This document shows positions 45,187 to 57,680 of a stretch of DNA of 64,000 bases, piece by piece. The notes beneath the pieces are model-generated. The model saw only the letters and a list, made by a program, of their open reading frames with translations, was not told the origin of the DNA and ran no database searches. The position numbers and the translations under genes are program-made. The stretch covers positions 310,001 through 374,000 of the forward strand of contig NW_027117351.1 of NCBI RefSeq assembly GCF_038025025.1. The letters are read 5' to 3'. This stretch comes from Phyllosticta citribraziliensis. Taxonomy: Eukaryota. Positions within the stretch are counted from its first letter, which is position 1, and each line of letters opens with the position of its first letter.

Positions 45187-45591
45187 ATGCCTCCGTCCAT
45201 CACGCTGCCGCTGCGTCCCAAGCACAACACCAAGCCCATCCTCAAAGCGCCATCGCCATGCAACGCACTCGGCACTCCCTCCACCACTCCCTCCATCCCC
45301 AGCCCCAACACCGCGGCATCGGCATCAGCAGAACCAAAGAAACCCACCCTCACGCCGCACCAGCTCAAGCAGCTCGACGAGCACCTGGCGCCGTACCAGC
45401 AGGCCAAAGCCACCGCCGTCCGCGACCTCGACGCCGCCATCGTCGCCATGCTGCGCCGCCGCTGCCGCGCCGTCAAGTACAACACGCGGTACAACGTCGC
45501 GGCCGAGCGGTACTTTGTCGCGTGCCATCGGCTGGAGTGGGTTGAGAAGCGTTTGGTGGTGTTGCTTCTGGAGGAGGGTGAAGGGAACTGA
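45187..45591 (+). CDS. Small hypothetical protein (134 aa; 3' end uncertain)
   Basis: Strong C/G-ending codon bias over 45340-45530. A branch site and acceptor at 45647-45669 suggest a further downstream intron. Confidence 0.55.
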   Translation: MPPSITLPLRPKHNTKPILKAPSPCNALGTPSTTPSIPSPNTAASASAEPKKPTLTPHQLKQLDEHLAPYQQAKATAVRDLDAAIVAMLRRRCRAVKYNTRYNVAAERYFVACHRLEWVEKRLVVLLLEEGEGN

Positions 45592-46623
45592 GGGGGGTGA
45601 GGTGAGGCAAGGTTTTTGTGGTGGGGGTTGGTGATGATGATGATGTGCTGACTGTTGGTTCTTGAGTAGGTGGTTGAGGAGTGGTTGTGGAGTGCGGGAG
45701 AGACGCATCTACCGTGCCGCGAGGACGGCTGGTGTCGTCGTCATCGTCTCGCCTTTCGACTCCTGGCGCAGGGCAGGCAAGCAAGCTGCAGTGAACAGTC
45801 TCTACGGCACCATCGAGAACGAGAACGGCGGCGTCGGCATCATCAAGCTCAGCACGCTCGACCAGACAAAAAAGGCCCAAAGATATCCTTAGCAATTGGC
45901 TCAGCCTTGGACGCAATGAACGGTAAGCGCCGCTGCTCCATCCCCAAACGACGACGACAACCCACCACGCCCTTCTTCGAGCTAACGACGCTTTGAACCA
46001 GACAACGAGCATTTTTGGGTAGGCAGTTAGCGCGGGCTCGGCTTGAAAGAAAGAATAGGGCTTTTTTTCTTGGGAAGAACTTGGACATTGGATAAGAGAG
46101 CACACTAGTGATACAGAACATTGGCTAAACGAAGGCGAGGATACACACGAGTGCTGCGCTGTCGAAAACCTGGCGGTCATTGATGTCGGGAATTGGGTAA
46201 CGTACAACCCATTGCTACAACATTTGGTGGTAGCCACCACAATGGCGTGGGAGGATGGTAGGAGTGCGTAGCGGTATGCGGCATATATATATGTATGTGG
46301 GAGTAGTGCGTGCTCCTAGCAACAGCGTAGGTACCTACCTAGCCAAACCAAACGAAACGGAAACATAACAGAAACAAGATCAATCACATTAGCCCCTAGT
46401 CCCCGCCCCACAAACCACCGTTCCAAACGGCCTCGCAATGCCAATCCACCCGCCGCTCCAAACACCCACCACCCACATCGACCAGCTCGTTCAATCATAA
46501 CTCAATAACCCATGACGCGTAAATCATCAAGCATACCCGGCCTACCCCTATTCCAAAGCCCACCCCAAATCCAAACCCTCTCCCCTTCCCACCGCCCCCA
46601 CTCCTTTCTTCTCGTTTCAAAAC

Positions 46624-49600
46624 CTACAGCACCCGCACGTATGCCCCCGGGAACAGCCCCTTCGTGCCCGCATACACGCCCCAGAACCAATCGCCGTTGA
46701 TGTCCTCGGCCTCGCGTATCTCGGCGCCCTTGGGGAAGGCGAGCTCGTCGCGCACGTGCGGCGCCGGGTAGTAGCTCCACAGCGCGACGGCGCGCAGGCC
46801 GAGGCCGCCGTCGGGCGGGAAGGCCTGCGGCTGGTGGTGGTGGTGCAGGTGGTGCGGGTGCTTTGGGGGAATGGAGGGCGCGCCGCTTGTCGAGGTTGGG
46901 GCGGGCGGGTTGGACGTCGCGTCCGTTGATGAGGACGACGAGGTTGATGGTGGCGTGGCGCCTGTTGCTGTTGCTGTTGTTGCCAGTGTGGGCACGGCGG
47001 TTGACGATGATGCTGAGCCCCCGGACGACGTGCGCGACAGGGTTGCGCTGGAGACACCAGCAGTAGCAGTGGCGGCAGCAGCGCGCGGCCGCGCTTTGCG
47101 AACTGTCCCGTCTGTATCACGCCACGACCAAGAAGGCGTGCCACCCCGAGCGCTCGCCACAGTCCCATCAAGGCTCGAGCGGGTGGTAACCACCATCGAG
47201 GACCCGCCAGGAGAAGCAGGCGTGTCATCGTCACGCAGGGCAAAGCCACCGACAAGGTCGCGCGTGACGATGCGGCGCTGGCCAGCGTCGCGGTCCTCGA
47301 AGCCGACAACGATCATACGGTGGCCGCGCGGGCAGCGTCGCCAGCCGTTGGGCCCGTTTTCGTGCGAGACGGCGCCAGACGTGACGAGCCCGTGGTAGCA
47401 TGAGTTGCAAATGTCGCTGTTGCCGGCGTAGCAGCGCGGGCAGTGGAAGCGCGTGTGGCTGGGCGGGATGGGATACGTGCAGCGGTCGCAGTCGGTGCTG
47501 AAGGTCAGCGGCCGGAAGAGCTTGTTGGCCAAGGGCACGGTGCCAGGCCCGCGGATCAGGGAGGCGGACTTGGGTGTAATGGCCGGGGTGTTGGCGGTGG
47601 ATGGCGGTGATGTTGGGTTGCTTCGAGAGGAGGCAGATGCACCGTGATGGAGCGGGAGGAGGGGATGCGTGCAATGTCTGCCTTGGTTTACGCAGTCGTT
47701 GCAGAAACCCCATGCCCCTTCGTTGCACACATCGCACTTCCAGTAGCAACCGTTGGCAAATGCATTGCAAACGTCGCAAAAAACGCCAGACTGAAACCGT
47801 TTTGAAGGATCCTCGTCCGTCAGACGGCTTTGAGGATCACCCCAGGCGGGCCTTGAAGGCCGCAAATAACGTTGCCCACTGAGGATGTGGGGCTGTTCGT
47901 AGCCAGGACGATATCCGCCAGGGGGAGCTCTTTGCTCGTACTTTGCCCAAGCCGCAGAGCCAAAGCCAAACCAATGCTTGCAACCTGCGCCGGAACGGTA
48001 GCACTGAAGGCAAATGCTGTGTTTGGCTCCATCATCCGCACGACACCTCTCACAACTGTAGTGCAAATCGTACTGGATACCAGTCGTCTTGCAGCTTTGG
48101 CAGCTTACAAACGGCTCGGAATGCAGGGTTGACTGACGTGCTGAGGCATCGGACGATGATGGTCTTGATCTTGGTACGTCAGCACTGTTACGAGCCCGAG
48201 AAAGTGACGACGAGCTGTCGTTTGTAGGCCTGGCCGGTCTTGCAGCAGCCCCGAGATCTGACATGCGGCGGGGTGGAGCATGCGGACTTGCGGCTTGTGA
48301 AGGGCTAAGGTGCGGTCTCGTGGCATCTGGGAGGAACCCTGCACGTCGGGGAGAAGGTTCATGAGAACGATTGGGAATGACAAAAGTGTGACCACCCTGG
48401 GGATCAGTTGCCCGCCGGTCGTCTTGGGATGGACGGCGACGTCTTTCGACGACAGAAGTCCCCTGAACAGTCTGAGGTCGATTGCTCAAATCAGTGGCTG
48501 ACCGTGCGGCCGGTCGTTGAGCTGTGGCCTCGACAGACGAAAGCTGACGATGATGATTCCGCCGTGACGAGCTCCTGTCTTCCTGGCTGGAGGATCTTCT
48601 GCGATGGCGAGTCCCCTGGTTCACCGCGTCGAAAAGGTGAGGTCTGGATGCCGGTGGTCTAGAAGCTTGCGACTGAGACGAATTTCTCTCAGCCATGGCC
48701 TCCCGAGTAGCAGCACTTTCGGCCCTTGGACGAGGTCGCCTTTGTGGTCTTTCTTCCCCTTCCGAATGGTGTACGGCTGAGCCAGCAGCAGAGCTCGAAG
48801 GCGTGGCACTCCTGGACCTATGATGCCTAGCTCTTGCTCTATCCCTATCTCTCTGCCTTCTCCTAAATGCCTCTGCAATTCTTTCGGTGATTTCTTCCTC
48901 TTGCGATACGTCGATATTGTCAAGATCAATGCCGTCCAGCAACCCCTCTTCCCGGATTTGGCGCATAATTTCATCCTCCATCTCTTGCGTGTCTATATCC
49001 GAGGCGCTGAGCAAAGATCGCAAGCTGGACTGATGCTCCACGTGTCTTGGTGGGGGTGGAGATCGCGGCGACTCAGTGCTGCCAAGTTGCGCTGCTCTCG
49101 AGCCATCCCGCTCCCTGCGTCTCCTGTCGCGATCCTGACTTCGCTCTCTGCTTTGCTCTTGACTCCGCAACCGCCTCCTGCGGTCCGGCGGCGGGCTCAG
49201 GGTACTACTATTGCCGACTCCAGCATCTTCGAGGCTCAGTAAGCGCACTTGGTCCATGAGCCTACGGTCCTCTTCATCGCTCGAGTCTTGCCTCCGTCTC
49301 AGCTTGGGCATGACATTGTCGCCCGGCTTGTAGACCTTGCGCATGTCATCCTTTTCGCGCTCCGTCTTGCCCCGGCCAGGATTTGTCTGGAGGAACATGT
49401 CCAAGAGAGTCGTGACGGTGGCATTTGGCTGCGTGGCGCGGACCGAGGCGCGGCACGACGGGCAGGTGTACGGGTGGAGGGAGGTGGCGCTCTGAGCCTG
49501 CCATGAAAACCATTCTTTCAAGCAGGCGCCGCAAAAGGTGTGCAGACAGTCCAGCAGGGTGAGCGGCTGGTACAAGACGTCGGTGCAAATCTGGTGCAGC

Positions 49601-49799
49601 CAGAGGCGCGCAATGATTAGCCTGGGGAGAGGAATGGCGGGGAGGTGTGGTGGGCAGAGCGGGTGCGGTGCGGAGCGGACGCGCCGCCGAGCGCTCTGAC
49701 GCTTGGTGCCTCAACCACGCGCGGCAGCTCAGAACTTACCGAGCACGACAGCTCCTTCTCCAGACTTTCCAGAGGCCCGGAGCGCGACGCCTCAGCCAT
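46624..49799 (-). CDS. RING-finger E3 ligase with three ZZ-like zinc fingers and a C-terminal SH3 domain
   Basis: Intron 49591-49739. RING CSICTDVLYQPLTLLDCLHTFCGAC...CPSCR, three Cys clusters, and SH3 AVALWSY...DELAFPKGAEI...DWFWG...KGLFPGAYV. Confidence 0.9.
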
Positions 49800-52700
49800 G
49801 ACGGACGGCCAGGAGTTGGGTGGTGTGAGAGCGAGACCAGCAGCGGAGAGCGGCAGCGGTTAAGGTAGGGAGACGCTCGCCATTCGCCCAATGTCAGCTC
49901 AGCTTCGGCGGCTCCGTACAAGGCGAGCTTCCTGGTTAGTGCAGCGTCTATTCCCCGCGGCAACGGCTGTGATGGTGCTGACAGGACGGCGATGACGGGA
50001 CGGCTCCTCTCCTGGCCCATGACTTGAAGAGGACAAGTCGTTCAAAAGTCAGCTGGATGGCGGCTCTGTTGGCACGTATCACGGCAGCCAGAGCGGAGTC
50101 GTCTCTGCCCCGCCAGTCAGGCACCCGGCATCATGGCTGGACTGCGCTGCTACACAACGCTTTTTCATCCTATCCCATATTGACTTGAGTCGCTCTGCTA
50201 TGCCTCCAGCGCGTCTATTGGCTCCTCCCTGCCACCGGCCTTCCAATCACTGTTCCATACCCGAAATCCGGTCCTCAGGTTCGACGCAGGAACGCTTCGG
50301 CACGTGCATCCTTCAAAAACACTACGGGGGTCATCCTAGACCCTTAACCATCTTTTCAGCTGTCCCCTCGCCCGCTTACCACGTCATCAGAGCTCGGCAT
50401 TTGGCTGCAGCAGAGAACGACAGTTCCCGAGATAGCTGTGGTGGCGAATGAAAGCTGCCAAGGCACAGCCGTGGCAGTAAACCACAGCTCCCAAGAGTGA
50501 AGATGTGCTTCTTGATGCATCCACAGTACCGGGATGTACCATTCATCTTGGCACCTACCATGGTGGGGCAACGAACAAGTTGTTGCGGGAACCAGCACGA
50601 GGAAGAAGCGATTATCGTTCCCCAATACTCTGAGATCGAACATCATTCAAGCTCACAGCGTGGATAGAGGTGAAAAGCATGCAACCTCTGGTTCGCAAAG
50701 ACCACAATCGTGTATCCCGACTCCTTGACGCCTAGCCCCGAAAACCATCTCGAGTGACGTCATTGACCAACAAGGACATACCTGGTCGAAGATGAAGATT
50801 TTACAACGGCCTCACCGAAAGAGCTGGAAAAAAACTCCAATAGACGTGACGAGTTCGGCCAAGAAACCGGAGACACCGATGGAATCACCTGGGAAGACAA
50901 TATTACTCACGTACAGGGCCCAATGGCGTAAGACGTTCCAATCCTCCTGAGTGTGGTTCCAAACTTCGTTCTTCGCCTGCTCCATGACAAGAGAGGACTG
51001 TGGCGTATTGACAAGGTCGAAACCCGAGCAGCGTGGGTCGTAAATTTAGACCCAGCTGAACGATAGACGCTGTACGGTGGGCATACCCGCCCAGTCTCTA
51101 ACGACCTTGTCAAGGACGGATGGATGGTTCCGATTGATGGTCGGATCTCGATTCAGGTTTCTCACCAGGCATCGAAGAAGTGCTTACAACTAGGAGGCTC
51201 GGTTGACGACGCCAATGGCGGTTGGGTTCGAAAGGGCTCCGGGACAGTGATATTGACGAGGATTGGAGATGCGCCGGACAGTCCACCCGGGGAGCGTTGA
51301 GAAGGTCGTGAGAGTGTCGTCGGTAAGTTTCCTTGGTGCAAAGCATGACGCGGAGTCTACATAAGAGTGTCGAATGACTTAACCTCTGGCCATGGAAGAG
51401 TCGGGAAGCCAGAGCCAGAGGAGTCGAACAATCTTCCGGCCCCGCACAACGGCAGACAGGAACCGTAATCGGGAAAGCCGAACCAGATCACGCTTCCCCA
51501 CCCCCTCAATCCCGTTTATGCCCCCTGCAGATCCCCCAAAGCAGCAATTTTCCAACAACTTCCAACGTAGTCGGCAAAGTGCGGACCTCAATTCCGGCTC
51601 ATTTTCAGAGCAAAGGTCGGAAACTGGCGGCCGAGTGCGAAACGCGGAGCGACATATGGCCACAGTCGTACCACTGGCGGGTCGAAATCACGAGGTTGTG
51701 GACTGGCGCGGCGGGAGTGAGGGCGCAAGGGGCGCGCACAACAGGTGAGCTATCAGGCGAGGGGTCGGGAATGTCAGGGCGGCGGGAGCTGCCAGGGAGA
51801 ACGGATCCCGAGGTGGACTCCCGAGTTCGGCATGAGACGGATCAACGTGGGAGAGGGAAGATGGCAATTCCGCGCCGTGTCATGGTGGGAGGAACGGCAT
51901 TGTCGCGCGGGTGTGGTCCAGCAGTTGGAGCACTGCAAAGGGCGGAACGGCCCGCAAACGTCCGAGATGCAACAGAGCCGGGAGTCACAGGAGCGGGGTG
52001 GTCGCTGCGGTGGTGGTGTGAGATGGGACGGGGAGGCGGTGGGTGGTTCGATGGTCTGATACATATACGGCATTGCCGTGTGGTGCGGAAGCGGGAAGCC
52101 GAAGAGTCTCGTCTCGCAACTCCCGTCGGAAGAAAGCCGACGCGGAACCTCGGGCGCGCCCAGGGCGGAATGGCCGACGGTCAGCCCACCTCAGCAGACA
52201 CTTTGTCGTTTGTTCCGGCGGGATTTTCTTCGCCATGTTCAATTCTATGCGGCCAGCTCTTTTGGGCTCTCGCCGAGGCTCGAAGAACCCGTTGCCGCTG
52301 CTCTCGTTGGCCGACGACAAATTCCGCCGCGTCTTGGACTTTTTCCACTCCATCTTCATCACACCACCTCTCCCTGTCCATCACACTTACTCTTAGCCGG
52401 CTTCAGTTCAACGCTTGGATGACCGTTTTTCAGTTTCCGCTTTCTGGAATTCCTGGAGCCGACAATGCAACCCGATGCAAACTGTACTGGCCCAAAAGCT
52501 GACACGACTCCCCTCTCAAGCACCTGCACATTTCTCGCTATTCCTCAACGACGCCTTTTCAAACGAGATCAGAACTCGCTGAGACCTTTGCATCTGCCGC
52601 GGTCACGAATCTGTCTAGTCTCCATTTGATGGCAATGGAGCCTCCCCGTCGGCATTCCGTGGCTTCTCGTCCAGGACCTCCCATCTCAACCCTCGGTCGG

Positions 52701-53931
52701 ACTGAGTTTCCCTTCGCAAACACCAACCACGACTGAGTCAAAGGACCGCATACGATTCGTCCCTTTCCATCAGTCGGTTCATCACGTGAAGGAGCAATGA
52801 CGTGGAACGGATATCTCCGGACGAGTTTCGACTCGCACCCAACGCACTGGATCGCTGCGACTGACGTCGGATTTGCACCGGGTTCGAGACGTCCTTCCAG
52901 ATTTTCGGAGGACCCTTATCAGTGATGCTACACCGTACTCCGTGGAGCCTCACATATTTCGTACCGCCTGGCAACCTTTTGCTTGTTCTACTCTGCAGAG
53001 GCCATCAGCAAGTTGGGCCAATGATTGCCACTAGCTTTGGCAAGATTACTGAGGCGTACCGTTTGTATCGTGCTAACTGACCAGTAAGGAAAGGGCCTGC
53101 GTAGAACATGCTGGATAACCTCCGCCGGCACCTTCGGAACCGCTGTTGACAAGCTGCATGATTAAGTGGCGACAAGCGTGCGCTTACAGACACCGCAAAA
53201 TCACGAGATATTCGTAATCATGACCGGCGTGTCTCTCAGATGCCAGTTGTCTGATACTTGCATGTTCTTATCTGTAAGTGGGTTCTAAATGCAAGCAGTC
53301 TTGTTTTCGCTTAATGAAAACGGCTCCACGACAACTTCCGGTCTCTAGCAATGTCCGTAGAACGGCGCTCTGGTCCATAGGATTGACATTAAAGCCGTTT
53401 CCTCCGTCTCTGCGGTTCATCCCGTGGCTGCTGCGCTTGCGGGAGATCTTCTGCGAAAACTCGGTCCGAAGCGAACATGGCTTTTTTGGTCCACTGTGAT
53501 GTCAACTTTACAATCTTCGTATCTGGCTACGAAATGTGCTTTGCTGAAAAACGCAGCAGAAAGCCAAATCGCCAGTCTACGAATGGCATTCAAGAGACGG
53601 TACTTTGAACGGCTTGTCCATGGATATTTTGACTTTGCCACCATCTCCAACCACGAGTGGTGAAAATAATATCGCCGAACGGCCTTGGCTACAGCCACAG
53701 CACGCGCATCGCGGGTAGTGATGCAATGATGCTTGGATCAGCAGTAACGTCATACCTCTTTCTCCCATGAAAGATGGAGCAAAGAAAGTCGTTTCCCTGT
53801 CTGGAGAAGACTGTTAAAACTACTTGCACCTCAAGGTCCTGGTGCTTCCCCTACCTTCATCAACTTGTATCTTCCTGCTTTGATAGCGCCACACCCAGTC
53901 CCTGAATCCTGGGACATCCCAACCGAAAAAT

Positions 53932-56190
53932 ATGGCAAAAGACGAGATGCCAGACGTTGAAAGGGCTGAGACCGTCCGGGATCGCCCCCAACCCTCGAAT
54001 CGTGTTCAGCTATGTTAGTAGCCTGGTCAGATGCGCGATTGCTTTCGGTGGCTGACAACTTCCCAGCTGCACAACCTACCGCGGACAGACAAGCACACAA
54101 GGAAGAGCGAGAACGAGGACGCTCGCCCACCAAGAAAGACCTCAACGTTGAGATCGTAGACTGGGAAGGACCAGACGACCCAGCGAATCCGTATGTTAGA
54201 CAGTGTCCACGGACAAACCAATTCTGACAAAGACAGGTTCAATTGGTCCCTATCGAAGAAATGGATCTTGACCATTACCGTGTGCTTCATGTAAGTCCCA
54301 CGCTGGCCGTTCCAAGGAGCTTTACTGACAAGAGCAGTTCTATCTTGACCGGCCTACCTGCAGGAGCCTACGGTGGCGGCAACACGCAAATGGAGCAAAG
54401 ATTCAACATTAGCCAAGACAACTTTCCCTGGCTCTTTTGGGCAACGACCTCCTGGAACATCGGAGCCGCCCTCTTCCCCCTAATCTTCGTCCCCCTGACC
54501 GAGACGAGCGGCCGCATGCCGGGCTACTTTGGCGCATACATTCTGTTCCTCATCTGGCTGATTCCTTCGGCTACTGCGCCCAACTTTGCGACCCTGATCG
54601 TCACCCGTTTCTTCGGAGGAGGCGCCTCCTCTGTATCAATCAACATTGTTGGTGGAACGATTACAGATATTTGGAAGGGCGACCGCGCCCGCAGTATCCC
54701 CATGAGCATCTTCGGCTTGACCAGTGTCGTTGGTATCGCTCTTGGACCATTCATCGGATCGGCCATTGCTTCGGAGATGTACTGGCGCTGGATTTTCTGG
54801 ATCCAGCTGGCCTTTGACGGTGGAATGCTCCCCATCTTTTGGTTTATTCTGAACGAGACCAGAGGAGATCTAATCTTGGCGTAAGTTGCAGTCAACTGCT
54901 TTTTGACCGTCGGACACTTGCTCACAGTCTCACCAGTGCCAAGGCAAAGAAGCTGCGCAAGCAAGGCAGGACCAACGCCTACGCCAAAGCCGAGCTCGAC
55001 AAACCCAAAATCTGGGACTCGCTCAAGACGTCGTTCAAGCGGCCGACAAAGATGCTGTTCACCGAATGGGTCGTCTTCAGCTTCACCATGTGGATTGCCT
55101 TTGCCTGGGGCATCCTATTCCTCTTCCAGAGCTCCGTCGTCCAGGTCTTCCAGGAGTGCTACAACTTTGGCGTCATGTCGACGGGACTGGTCCAACTCGC
55201 GCTGTCGGCCGGTGCGCTCGTCGGAACTATTATCAACCCGCTTCAAGACATGCTCTACCTGCGGTCTGCCAGCTCGAATAAGGAGCGCCCCGGCAAGCCG
55301 ATTCCGGAAGCGCGTCTTTATTTTGCTGTCCCTGGTAGCTTGATCTTTACTGCTGGTTTGTTCTGGTATGGCTCTCCCTCGGTTCACGTCGTTGGACAAA
55401 GCTAACTGCCCGCAACAGGTACGGATGGTCCAGCTACCCCGACGTCCACTGGATCGTGCCCACGATCGGAATCGGTGCCGTCGGTCTCGGCATCTACGAA
55501 ATCTACATGGCCGTAAGCTCCCCATCCCTCTCTACTCTCCACCACAAAAACTAACTCCGCACGCAGGTGGTAAACTACCTCGCCGACGCCTACGAAAAGT
55601 ACGCCGCCTCGGCCCTCTCAGCAGCATCACTCGGCCGCAACGCCTTCGGCGCCTTCCTGCCACTCGCATCGCAATCGTTGTACACGAACCTCGGGTTCCA
55701 ATGGGCGTCGTCGCTGCTGGGCTTCATCGGGCTGGTGCTGTCGCTGGCGCCGATCCTGATCCTGCTGCGCGGCGAGGACATCCGCAACCGGTCGCCGTTC
55801 ATGCGCGAGGCGACGTACGACACGGACGAGATGGAGGCGCGCAGCAAGAGCCGCGCCACGTACGAGAAGAGCGTCGAGGAGCGCAGCAAGAGCCGCGCCA
55901 ACAGCGCCCGCTCTCGTGGCAGCAGGCCCGGCATGGGCTCCCGCGCGACCAGCTACATCGATGCCATGCGTGGCCATTGGGGCGCCGGCGGTGGCAGGGG
56001 CAGGGCTACCCCCAGGGGCTCCAATGCTGCTACCCCCACTGGCGTCTTGAGTCCCGTGTCTATGCGCTCGCCCGCCCAGACGCCCGCGCACAGCGTGCGT
56101 GATATGGCGATGACGAGCGCGCCGGGCACGCCGGCGCGTGGCAGGTCGCCAACAGGCGAGGCCAGCGGCCGGGATAAGACGTACTCGTAG
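53932..56190 (+). CDS. MFS transporter, DHA1 drug:H+ antiporter-like
   Basis: Six introns. VDWEGPDDPANPFNWS..KKW, PLTETSGRMP, LIVTRFFGG, PEARL, NYLADAYEKYAASALSAASLGRN. Confidence 0.93.
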
Positions 56191-56417
56191 ACTGGTTGGC
56201 TGGCTGCAGTCAGTGAACGAGCGGGCGAGCGAGAAGTGCTTCCCCGTCTTTTGCATTATTTTGCATTGCATTGTTTCGATTTTTTATGTCTCCGTATAAT
56301 GGCACATTTATACGCGTCGCATCTGCATCTTCTCTGGCGTTTCTATATCATTCGACGAGTCCAGGTTGCGGCAGGGTTGGAGTTCCGAGAAAAAAGGGAT
56401 GGAGTGGGATAGAAATA

Positions 56418-56540
56418 GATGCGAAAGAAACGAGACTGCCCTACGTCTAGCTGCAGTAATGAACGATATAGCTCTCTAAGCCCAACCATCATGGCTGACG
56501 GGGCGCGACCATCGCGGTGAATTAATGCTCCCTTCATCGG
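56418..56540 (+). repeat. Degenerate copy of the 33-nt repeat family with shared upstream flank
   Basis: GAAAGAAACGAGACTGCCCTACGTCTAGCTGCAG aligns to GAAAGAGATGGGACACCCTGGGTCTAGCTGCAG at 26168-26200; units at about 56450 and 56508. Confidence 0.65.
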
Positions 56541-57680
56541 CGTCCCTGTCTCTGGCGGGGAAACTCCACCCCTAACCCCCAATAAACCCCACACCAATCT
56601 CCCTGCCCTTCCCCTCCTCCCCATCTTTCTACAGCCCATGGGTGTCGAAACAAACTAGGCCGCCCGGCAATGACAGTGCGCCTAGTATTATTTATGAAAT
56701 GTTTGTTTATCCACTTCTGCTACATATGCCTGCGCCTAACGGGCATCCAATGACTACATACCACTACAACATCGCTGTGGTTGCGACCAGGAAGTGTCCA
56801 TGTATTGCTGCAGCCAAACCATAGCGTGGGTGTTGAGGGAAACAACATGCCTACCTATCATGCAAGGGCGAGGAGGACGAGAGTGAAACAAATCCCAAGG
56901 GCCAACAACCCCTTGCCAACTGCTCCCTCCCTCCCTCCCCTTCCCTCCACGCAACAGAGCAATAGACAGCATCACTCCCATGCCATCAAAATCACAATCA
57001 CACAAACCCAGGCATATAAAGAGGTAGATAATAGATGTCTATGTTGATGAATTCGATTCCACCCGCGCGCGCCAGTAGACTAGACTAAACTGTACTGAGC
57101 TAAACTGAGCTGAAGTGAAATGAAATGAAATGAGCTGCACCAAACGCTCGAGGCAAATGAGAGAAAGATGGAGGGAGGGGCGGAGTATGAGAATAGAGAT
57201 GAATGATGTAGACGGATATGACTATGGAGAGAAATAGATAGATATGTGGTTTGCACACAGTGATGGGACAGCGGCGTCATCATGTGGCAAGGTAAATAGG
57301 TAGGTAGGTAGGTAGGTACGTTGATACATCGTCAGGTAAGGTAGGTGTTGCCTGCGAAAGAAGAGGATAAAAGGGACAATGAAGAAGAAGACGGAGAGAG
57401 AAAAGGATGACGACTAGGTAGGTGGTAGGACGCAGACGCAGACGATGACGAGGACAAGGACAACCCAAGACGACGTAACCAGACCAGAAGACAGACAGAC
57501 CCACGGTGCGCACAGTCGAGTAATATGAATCCGCATCAATACCTCGATGTGTTGGCTGGCTGGCTCGCTCGCGCACTACTACCACCTCGTTGAACGGAGG
57601 CTAGCGCTCGCTGCCCCAACACTCGACTGCCGCGCCATGGCACCGCTTTGTAACCACACAATTCAGCACAGCCACGCTCA

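Noticed and set aside
52500..54070. TPP riboswitch upstream of or within the MFS transporter gene
   Set aside because: I did not find the CTGAGA and TGAT-N-GATAAT-N-AGCG core motifs in the required arrangement.
57040..57075. TTCGATTCC...CCA as a tRNA 3' half
   Set aside because: No T-stem, acceptor stem pairing or D-arm could be built.
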